The notes beneath the pieces are model-generated. The model saw nothing but the letters and a program-made list of their open reading frames with translations. It did no database searches and was not told the origin of the DNA. DNA of 64,000 nt from Neocallimastix sp. 'constans' (taxonomy: Eukaryota). The DNA lies in assembly GCA_050613775.1 (NCBI GenBank), contig JBODTK010000136.1:1-64000 (forward strand), in the 5' to 3' direction. This document shows, piece by piece, positions 48,219 through 57,232 of the stretch. A program made the position numbers and the translations under genes. The first letter of the stretch is position 1; the number at the start of each line of letters is the position of its first letter.

Positions 48219-49125
48219 GCTTAGGGGTGGCATTATGTTACGGAACAAATAAAATAATTAAAATTATATATAATTATTAAAGATTAAAAATTATTAATAT
48301 TAGTGGAATTAAATAATTAATGTTAAAATATTAAAATAATTATAAATTTAGTTATAATAAATTAGAAAATGTATTAATTATTATCTTTATTTAATATTGT
48401 AATACTTAATAATATTTTAATAGTTTATTATATTTTATTATTATATTTTATTATTAAATTTTTATTATTAAATTTTTATTATTAAATTTTTATTATTAAA
48501 TTTTTATTATTAAATTTTTATTATTATATTTTTATTATTAAATTTTTATTATTAAATTTTTATTATTAAATTTTTATTCTAATCCAATCAAATAACTATT
48601 CTAAATGTATAAAAAGAACAAAGTAGTACAATACTTTAGTTCTCTCTCTTTTTCTTACAACTTTATTATTATATTATTCTTTTGATATTTTCGAGTTTAA
48701 ATGATAAATTTAGATAGTTAAATTAAAATAAAATTAGTTTAAATAATTAAATTTAAATAGTTTAAATAATAAATTAGTATAGTTTAAATAATAAAGTTAG
48801 AATAGATTAAATAATAAAAATAAAATAGTTTATTTTAAATAAAGTTAGAATTAAAAATAATTTAAGTTTTGTATTAAGTGTTTAAAGGTTTTTAGTGTTT
48901 GGTTAATAGTTTTAATAATTATAGTTGTTAGTTAAATTATTTATATTAGGTTATCTTAATTTTGAATAATTTATTTTAGTTTAAATTGTTTAGTATTTAG
49001 ATTTTTAAATTAGAATAATAGATTAGAATAATAGAATAGAATTTAAAATTTTCTTTAATTATTAGAATATATTATTTTATGATAAAAATTCTTCAGTTCT
49101 GTACCAACTTTAGGATTCGTTACAC

Positions 49126-52100
49126 TGTAAAATAAAATACTTATCAAGTCTAGGTTTGTGGCTATTCTAAACTAACTTTACTACACTAATAACACTATAT
49201 CTTAAACCTCTATTATTTAATTAATTATTTTCTTTTTTTTAATTTCTTTTATTTATTTATTTTATTTATTAACTAATTTTCAACAACCACTTAACTGGGT
49301 AACGCAGGGTCCTTTCCGGAGTTCCCACTAGCAGTTAAGGTTTTACAAACTATAATATAATTGTTTTATAAGAAAGTAACTATTCTAATAATAGTTACGA
49401 AACTAATAATAAAATTTAAATTTTCCTATTCTATACGATTTTCCAACTATCGTTCAATAGTTGAAAAATTAACTCTTTTTATACTTTTTCAAAATAAAGT
49501 TTTAAATCAAAATAAATTTTAATAAATTATATAAACATATTATTTTATATTATCAATTACATTATATAATAAATTACATGAAATGTTATGAATTATTTTA
49601 ATATAAATCCTATTTAAAACTATCTAATTTTTCTAAAATTTTCTATGAAGAAAATTTAGAGTTTAATTCATTAATTATATGATTAAATATATTCTATCCA
49701 TATATTTAATTTAAATTTTGCCAAGTTGTGAAAACCAATTTACTAAACCACAACTTGCTATTTTTATTTTTAGAATTTCTATAATTTAAAAGACAAGTAA
49801 ACAAAACGGCAAGTTTTTGTAAACAAACGGAAAAGGCAATATTCCTTTAATTATTTTAATTTAACTAATTAATGACTAATTATTTTTTAATTTATGAAGT
49901 TTCGTGATTCAACTGAGTAATTGTTACGTAAATTCTCCAAATAATTTAGTCATAAATTTTTGAGAAAATTATTTAAATTAATAATTTGGAATACATTTAA
50001 ATTTATATTAAAAATTTGGAAAACATTTTTATCCACAATAATTTACATTACATTACATTTAAATACGTATTCAAATTATTAAATATTTTACATGCCCCTC
50101 TGTTTAAGTCGAGCCCCTGAGCGACTTATAATCTCGAAGGAACTCTATTAGTTCTATTGAACTCTTGAACTAATTGAGGATCGGAGATTTCTTCTTCAGA
50201 AAACCAAGTGCATTCAGTAGCTGGAAGTCCTTTCCATAACATAAAGTAAAGAGGTTTATTGTTAACAACTTTAGCGGCAACAATCTTCAAAGGTTCCTTT
50301 CCTTCAGTATCAGTAGCGATCGAAGTAATTCGAGTATTAGTACTTGCACTTGATTCATCAAATTCTCTTTCATTGTAAGGTTCTAGGTTTGAAATATGGA
50401 AAACATTATGACACTTAATAGTATCAGGCAATTCTAATTTATAAGAAACAGGGCCTGTTTTTTCAATAATTTTAAAAGGACCAAGTTTTCTGTTAGTCAA
50501 TTTAGAAGGACCTTTTGGAAGTAAGTCTGGACGCTTTAACCAAACTTTATCACCTACTTTTAATTTTGGTCCTACAATTCTTAAGTGATCTGCATATCTC
50601 TTATATCTTTCCTTAGCTTTTTCTAAATTTTTCTTGAGGAATTGCATGTTTTTCCTTATTTGTTCAACATGGTCAATGGTACTTGTTCTTCTGCTATCAG
50701 CAGGTATAACTGGATTGAATTTTGGATTAAAACCATAATTTGAGAAGAATGGTGTCTGATTAGTCGATTGTTGTAATGTGTTATTATATGCGAATTCAGC
50801 ATAGGGAAGAATGTCCATCCAGTTATTTTTTCTTTTGTTAATATAGCACCTTAAAAATTGTTCTAATATACCGTTAACTCGTTCAGTTTGACCATCTGTT
50901 TGAGGGTGATGTGCTGTTGACAAATTTTGACGAATATCTAATAGACTGCATAATCGTGTCCAAAATTCCGAGGTAAATTGAGAACCCCTATCCGAAACAA
51001 TATCATCTGGAAGGCCGTGTAAGCGAAAGATTTCACGAAAGAAAACATCTGCAGCGATAACAGCGGTCGGAAGGTTTCTAAATGGGATAAAATGAGCCAT
51101 TTTAGTTAATCTGTCTACTATAACCATAATTACTGATTTGTCTCTCGATTTAGGTAAATCAGTGATGAAATCCATTGAAACATATGACCATGGTCTTTTT
51201 GGAGTAGGGAGCGGTTGAAGTAATCCATATGGTTTATGACGATCATCTTTAGCTTGACAACAAATCTTACAAGAAGCAATGTACTTTACGATATCATCCG
51301 TCATTCTGAACCAAACAAAATTTCTACTAATAACTTCTTTAGTTTTAAGAATTCCAAAGTGGCCTTGCACAGGATTATCATGGTGGATACCGATAATAAT
51401 ATCTTTCATCTTGTTAGGAACAAAGATAAGTCCTTTATAAAGAAGTAATCCATCCTCCTCAAGTTCGAAATCTTTCATTTTACTTTTATATTTATTGTTA
51501 GTAGTCGATACTCCTTTCTTTACGCTAATTAATTCCTGGATAAATTTATCCTCTTTTGTATTCTTTATTAATTCCTCTTTTAGTTGACCTTGGATTGAAG
51601 GGTATGAATTATTATCTAAGTCCATGATAGCGAAGCACGGGGTTGAGTCTTCTTCATCCTCAATTTCTTTATCTTCATAGTCTGGTCTTCTTGAAAAAGC
51701 ATCTGGTTTTCCACCCTCTTTTCCTGGTCTATATTGCAATTTATAATCGAATCGTGACAAAAATAAATTCCATCTAATTTGTCGTTGAGATAGAAGTTCT
51801 GGCTTACGAGGAAAAGTAAGATTTTTGTGATCTGTGAAAATTGTAAACTGGTGTTTTGAACCCTCAAGGTAATGTCTCCATTCTTGTAATGCACACTTAA
51901 CAGCTAAAAGTTCCTTGTCATAAATAGGGTAGTTTCTTTCAGATTTGGACAAACCTCTAGAATAATAACAGATTGGATGTAACTCATTTGTATCCTTATT
52001 TCTTTGAGATAATACGGCACCAATTGCAAAATTACTTGCATCTGTCTCTACTATAAACGGTAATTCTGGATCTGCATGAACAAGTATTGGTTCTTTTGTA

Positions 52101-54860
52101 AAGAGTTTCTTTAAAGTTTCGAATGCGGCAGAACATTCTTCAGTCCATTCATATTTAACATCTTTTCTTGTTAAGTTGTGTAACGGCTTAGCAATTTTAG
52201 CAAAGTTTGGGATGAATCTTCGGTAGTAGTTGCATAAACCTATAAATGATTGTACTTCTTTGACTGTAGTTGGTATTGGCCATTCTAAGATAGACTTAAC
52301 TTTATCCGGATCCATGGAAATTCCTTGATTGGATATTACGTGCCCCAAGAATGTTGTTTTCTGTACTTCAAATTCACACTTACTTAATTTTGCATAAAGT
52401 CCACTTTCTTGCAAACGTTTAAGAATCTTCTTCACATGCACGCGATGTTCTTCTAGAGTGTTTGAGTATATAAGTATATCATCAATATAAGCGAAAGCGA
52501 ATTCATCTAAGTATTCCCCTAATACATCATTAATAAAGTGTTGGAAAGTAGCAGGTGCATTCTTTAATCCAAAGGACATTACTCGGTATTCATAATGACC
52601 ATATCTTGTTCTGAAAGCGGTTTTATACTCATCTCCTTTACGAATTCTTACTAGATTATATGCTGATTTTAAATCTAACTTAGTAAAATACTTAGCTTCT
52701 CTCAATCTGTCAAAAAGCTCGGTGATTAAAGGGAGTGGATAGGAGTCCCTTATAGTATTTTCATTAAGTCTTCGATAATCGACACAAAGTCTTAAACTTC
52801 CATCCTTTTTTCTAACGAATAAAATTGGAGCACCAGCAGGAGATGTTGAAGGTCTAATGAAGCCTTTTTCTAAATTTTCTTTGATATATTCTTTTAAAGC
52901 TTCACGTTCTTCCTCCGTTAATGGATATAAAGGACCATAAAATAAGTCAACATCATCCTTTAATCTAATTTTACAGTCATACAACCGGTGAGGAAGTAAT
53001 TTATCGCATTCTCTTTCATCAAATACATTTTTATATTCCTTATATTGTTCTGGAATCTCTTCTTTAACTTCATCTTTTATATTAATTTTATTTCTATCTT
53101 GTTTTTCTCGATCAATACTAGTATTCCTTTTTACATTTTCACATTTTTCTCTAATAACACGTAAAACTTTATCTTTACTTTCAGTTTTTGAAACACAATA
53201 AAATACATAATTTTCAATTTTATCTTTATTTAAATTTTTTCTTTTTAAACTCTTATTTTTCTTAACTAAGGCTTTTTTCATAACAGCCTTTTTACTACAT
53301 ACTTTACGAATATATGCTTTATTTTTTTCAATCTCTAAACTACTTTTAAAATCATCATTATCTAATCTAATACAATTATCTTTATTATTTTCAACCTTAT
53401 AATTAATAATTTCTTTTGCTAATTGGATTTTATTCCTGCGTTCTTCTTCTTCTTTTCTTCTTTTTTCTTCAACTCTTCTGGCAATTTCTTCAGCGGTAGC
53501 ACAGCAGTTTCTTTTACAATACTGAGAACTGAATCTAATATTTCCATGGTCAAATTCAATTGTTGGGCAGTGTTTCTTTAACCATGGATTTCCAAGGATA
53601 ATGGGTATTCCTTCAGGTAAATTATAAATGTAAAAATTAATAGTTTCAGAATGCTGACCCATAACCATAGTTAAAGGAATGGTTTCATAGCGGATAATTC
53701 CATTTCCGTTAATACCTAAAACATTCTTTTCATAACGAAGACGTTGCATTGGAATACCATACCTGTCGACAACTTTTCTATCAATTAAGTTAATGTCAGA
53801 TCCGGTATCTAAAATTGCCTTTAGGATTAATCCATCTCTGAACTTGATAGCTACATTGTAGGTGTGAGATAAACTCTTTTTACTAACAGTTATCTGTAAT
53901 ACCTTTTCTCTTCTCCGAATTTTCTCTTTTTGTTTAGGACAGTTAGACTTCAAATGATTAGTACTGTTGCATATAAAACATTTCTTAATTCTTGACAATT
54001 TATTTGCTGGCGGCATTCCATAATTTCTTTCGGTATCTTGGTAATTAGTCCTGTAGCGGCTTGTTCCTAAACTTCTGCTAAAAGGTCTAATTCTTCTCTG
54101 GTCTACATCCATGGGGTCATTTCCAAAAACACGACGGTCTTCTTCAGCGTTGGCAGATACCACATTAATTAGTTCGTTGAGTTTCCTGATCCTGGGATAG
54201 ATCAATCTTGTTCTTTCTTTTGCTCTTGCTGGCAATCCATCAATAAAAAAGTGAATCTTGGCTTCATCATTAAAGGAGGAGTCTCTGGCTACCTTTTCGA
54301 ACTGATCACAGTATTCGGCGAGAGAACAATAATGGTGGCTTTTTATCTTCGTAATCCTACTGTTGGCTACATCGGTACTGGCACAGGTTTTATATCTTTC
54401 TTTTAATGCATTTATAAAGAGATCGTAACTTTGGAGCAAGGGGCTTTCTTCTTTACACAAGTCAGCATACCATTCTGCGGCGGTTCCATCTAAGTAGCTG
54501 CTCACTACATCTATCTTGAATTCGTCATCTTCAATTGCTTCACCTTCTAAGTTATATTTGAAATATCTTGAAATTTGGCCTAAAAACGCTGACAGTTCGT
54601 TCCTTTTTCCTGAAAATACCTTAGGTTTTGGAATGAGGCGTGCCCTGGTATTGACGTGATTACCAGCCTCATTTTCTACTTCCATGGAGCTGGCTTCAGA
54701 GACTGCGTCAAAGTCTCTCCTAGCTCCTGGGTCTTGGTTGTTGATTCTCAAATACTCCATTCTATTTATAAACCTATTTTTATTACTAAACAATAAACTA
54801 TATACTATACTATATCTAATTATTAAATCCACCTTTATTTACTATTACTAATTTTAAACT

Positions 54861-54911
<51 letters not shown>

Positions 54912-55958
54912 CTAAAACTAAAAATATTAACTATTCCTTATTTCTTAACAATGCCACAAAGGTAAACTTCTATTCTAAAGAGTTGGAAAATTGTAAAATA
55001 AAATACTTATCAAGTCTAGGTTTGTGGCTATTCTAAACTAACTTTACTACACTAATAACACTATATCTTAAACCTCTATTATTTAATTAATTATTTTCTT
55101 TTTTTTAATTTCTTTTATTTATTTATTTTATTTATTAACTAATTTTCAACAACCACTTAACTGGGTAACGCAGGGTCCTTTCCGGAGTTCCCACTAGCAG
55201 TTAAGGTTTTACAAACTATAATATAATTGTTTTATAAGAAAGTAACTATTCTAATAATAGTTACGAAACTAATAATAAAATTTAAATTTTCCTATTCTAT
55301 ACGATTTTCCAACTATCGTTCAATAGTTGAAAAATTAACTCTTTTTATACTTTTTCAAAATAAAGTTTTAAATCAAAATAAATTTTAATAAATTATATAA
55401 ACATATTATTTTATATTATCAATTACATTATATAATAAATTACATGAAATGTTATGAATTATTTTAATATAAATCCTATTTAAAACTATCTAATTTTTCT
55501 AAAATTTTCTATGAAGAAAATTTAGAGTTTAATTCATTAATTATATGATTAAATATATTCTATCCATATATTTAATTTAAATTTTGCCAAGTTGTGAAAA
55601 CCAATTTACTAAACCACAACTTGCTATTTTTATTTTTAGAATTTCTATAATTTAAAAGACAAGTAAACAAAACGGCAAGTTTTTGTAAACAAACGGAAAA
55701 GGCAATATTTCTTTAATTATTTTAATTTAACTAATTAATGACTAATTATTTTTTAATTTATGAAGTTTCGTGATTCAACTGAGTAATTGTTACGTAAATT
55801 CTCCAAATAATTTAGGCATAAATTTTTGAGAAAATTATTTAAATTAATAATTTGGAATACATTTAAATTTATATTAAAAATTTGGAAAACATTTTTATCC
55901 ACAATAATTTACATTACATTACATTTAAATACGTATTCAAATTATTAAATATTTTACA
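49126..55958 (-). mobile_element. Element D: full-length Ty3/Gypsy chromovirus (Tf1/sushi-like)
   Basis: 967-bp LTRs 49126-50092 and 54992-55958 (TGTAAAAT...ATTTTACA, about 2 differences by eye); 5-bp TSD TACAC (49121-49125, 55959-55963); PPT AGAGGGGCA. Confidence 0.95.
50126..54760 (-). CDS. Element D single-frame Gag-Pol with C-terminal chromodomain
   Basis: CFICNSTNHLKSNC; LDTGS; YIDD; TDAS; SMDFITDLP, SDRG and GQTE; chromodomain-like YFMLWKGLPATECTW; probable start MEYLRIN at 54760. Confidence 0.93.
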   Translation of the reverse strand: MEYLRINNQDPGARRDFDAVSEASSMEVENEAGNHVNTRARLIPKPKVFSGKRNELSAFLGQISRYFKYNLEGEAIEDDEFKIDVVSSYLDGTAAEWYADLCKEESPLLQSYDLFINALKERYKTCASTDVANSRITKIKSHHYCSLAEYCDQFEKVARDSSFNDEAKIHFFIDGLPARAKERTRLIYPRIRKLNELINVVSANAEEDRRVFGNDPMDVDQRRIRPFSRSLGTSRYRTNYQDTERNYGMPPANKLSRIKKCFICNSTNHLKSNCPKQKEKIRRREKVLQITVSKKSLSHTYNVAIKFRDGLILKAILDTGSDINLIDRKVVDRYGIPMQRLRYEKNVLGINGNGIIRYETIPLTMVMGQHSETINFYIYNLPEGIPIILGNPWLKKHCPTIEFDHGNIRFSSQYCKRNCCATAEEIARRVEEKRRKEEEERRNKIQLAKEIINYKVENNKDNCIRLDNDDFKSSLEIEKNKAYIRKVCSKKAVMKKALVKKNKSLKRKNLNKDKIENYVFYCVSKTESKDKVLRVIREKCENVKRNTSIDREKQDRNKINIKDEVKEEIPEQYKEYKNVFDERECDKLLPHRLYDCKIRLKDDVDLFYGPLYPLTEEEREALKEYIKENLEKGFIRPSTSPAGAPILFVRKKDGSLRLCVDYRRLNENTIRDSYPLPLITELFDRLREAKYFTKLDLKSAYNLVRIRKGDEYKTAFRTRYGHYEYRVMSFGLKNAPATFQHFINDVLGEYLDEFAFAYIDDILIYSNTLEEHRVHVKKILKRLQESGLYAKLSKCEFEVQKTTFLGHVISNQGISMDPDKVKSILEWPIPTTVKEVQSFIGLCNYYRRFIPNFAKIAKPLHNLTRKDVKYEWTEECSAAFETLKKLFTKEPILVHADPELPFIVETDASNFAIGAVLSQRNKDTNELHPICYYSRGLSKSERNYPIYDKELLAVKCALQEWRHYLEGSKHQFTIFTDHKNLTFPRKPELLSQRQIRWNLFLSRFDYKLQYRPGKEGGKPDAFSRRPDYEDKEIEDEEDSTPCFAIMDLDNNSYPSIQGQLKEELIKNTKEDKFIQELISVKKGVSTTNNKYKSKMKDFELEEDGLLLYKGLIFVPNKMKDIIIGIHHDNPVQGHFGILKTKEVISRNFVWFRMTDDIVKYIASCKICCQAKDDRHKPYGLLQPLPTPKRPWSYVSMDFITDLPKSRDKSVIMVIVDRLTKMAHFIPFRNLPTAVIAADVFFREIFRLHGLPDDIVSDRGSQFTSEFWTRLCSLLDIRQNLSTAHHPQTDGQTERVNGILEQFLRCYINKRKNNWMDILPYAEFAYNNTLQQSTNQTPFFSNYGFNPKFNPVIPADSRRTSTIDHVEQIRKNMQFLKKNLEKAKERYKRYADHLRIVGPKLKVGDKVWLKRPDLLPKGPSKLTNRKLGPFKIIEKTGPVSYKLELPDTIKCHNVFHISNLEPYNEREFDESSASTNTRITSIATDTEGKEPLKIVAAKVVNNKPLYFMLWKGLPATECTWFSEEEISDPQLVQEFNRTNRVPSRL

Positions 55959-55962
55959 TACA

Positions 55963-56158
55963 CTAGCATTACTAATAACAGTTCCATTAAGCCTTTCAAC
56001 CCTTCCGTTTTGTTGTGGATTATAAGGTACTGTAAGTTGATGAACAATACCTTCGTTATTTAAAAATTCTCTAAATTTCGAATTCGCGAATTCAAGTCCA
56101 TTATCCGTTTTAATATATTTTATAGTTTTATCAAATATATTTTTTATTCTTTTATACC
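55963..56158 (-). pseudogene. Fragment of Copia integrase catalytic core
   Basis: YKRIKNIFDKTIKYIKTDNGLEFANSKFREFLNNEGIVHQLTVPYNPQQNGRVERLNGTVISNA; not in the ORF track. Confidence 0.92.
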
Positions 56159-57177
56159 TGTAACGGAGGTGCTTCTATTGTAAAGGCGGGATGAGATATA
56201 GAAACACAGAAAGGAGAAAACTCAATAGGTTTACACTATCTGTATAAATAATTCGTTTTATTAGAAATATTTTTTTATTAATTATAAAATTTAAAATAAT
56301 TATTAATATTTATAACAGAATTAATAATTACAATTATTTTATTATTTTAATATTTAGTATTATTTTTCAATAAAGTTTTAAAATAAATAATTAATGATAC
56401 GATATTTTATTAAATACCGTATATGTTAGTTGGGCGTTTGTGCAAAAGGGAATTACTCCAAGAATATTATATTACAATAATTATATTTACTTTTTATTTA
56501 TTTATCTTTTATTATTTTATTTATTATATTTTATCATAAAAAAAAAATACATGTTTTATTATTATTCCTTAAAAAAAAAGAAAATATTTATTTATAAATT
56601 ATTTTCATAATTATATTTTTTACTAATTTTATAAATTTTATTTATCGAAACACTAAAATTAATTAATAAATATAAATATTCATAACTTTTTACTTATAAC
56701 TATTAATTCATATTGTTTAACATTATTTAAAAATTATTTTAATATTAACATCAATTTAATTAAACATTCAATCTCCGTTATAATTAATATAACTAATTTT
56801 ACTATATTATCAACAATTCTTTTAATATTTTTTAATATTATTATTTAATTTAATATTTTAATAATTAATAATAATAAATTATCTTTAATAATATATTAAT
56901 AATATATTTTAAGATTCATTATATAAAATAAATTTTTAATAAATATTTATATTAATAATTTTTCTAAATAATTTTTCTATTATTTTCTATTATTTTTACT
57001 GGACATGCATCAAGATGCCCCCACTTAGCTTAGACTTCGTCCCTTGAAGTCTATAAGCATATTAAAATATTTATTAAACTAATAATACTATTATATATTT
57101 TATAATATTTTTTTTATATATTTTTTTTTTTATATTTTTTATATATATCAAAATTTTTTTTTTTATATATATATCAT

Positions 57178-57227
<50 letters not shown>

Positions 57228-57232
<5 letters not shown>

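Larger units (their letters stand above)
41356..49106 (+). mobile_element. Element C: full-length, apparently intact Ty3/Gypsy without chromodomain
   Basis: 871-bp LTRs 41356-42226 and 48236-49106 (TGTTACGG...CTGTACCA), identical by eye; 4-bp TSD ACTT; PBS; PPT AGGGGTGG. Confidence 0.95.
28298..49124 (-). mobile_element. Element A: Ty3/Gypsy chromovirus, internally deleted (non-autonomous)
   Basis: 522-bp LTRs with TGTAACGA...TCGTTACA termini; 5-bp TSD CTAGC (28293-28297 and 55963-55967, displaced by D); 5' LTR split by B and C. Confidence 0.92.
23730..56158 (-). mobile_element. Ty1/Copia LTR retrotransposon (host of the nest); interrupted, 5' part beyond the window
   Basis: INT-RT-RH order. 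The integrase core at 55963-56158 (KTDNGLEF...PYNPQQNGRVERLNGTVISNA) joins in frame to SAMLEDAKLSRRFWEDA at 28297 once the inserts are removed. PPT and 3' LTR at the left end. Confidence 0.92.

Noticed and set aside
56159..56782. Solo LTR bounded by TGTAACGGAG...CTCCGTTATA
   Set aside because: Ends in TA not CA, and flanks (ATACC vs ATTAA) give no TSD
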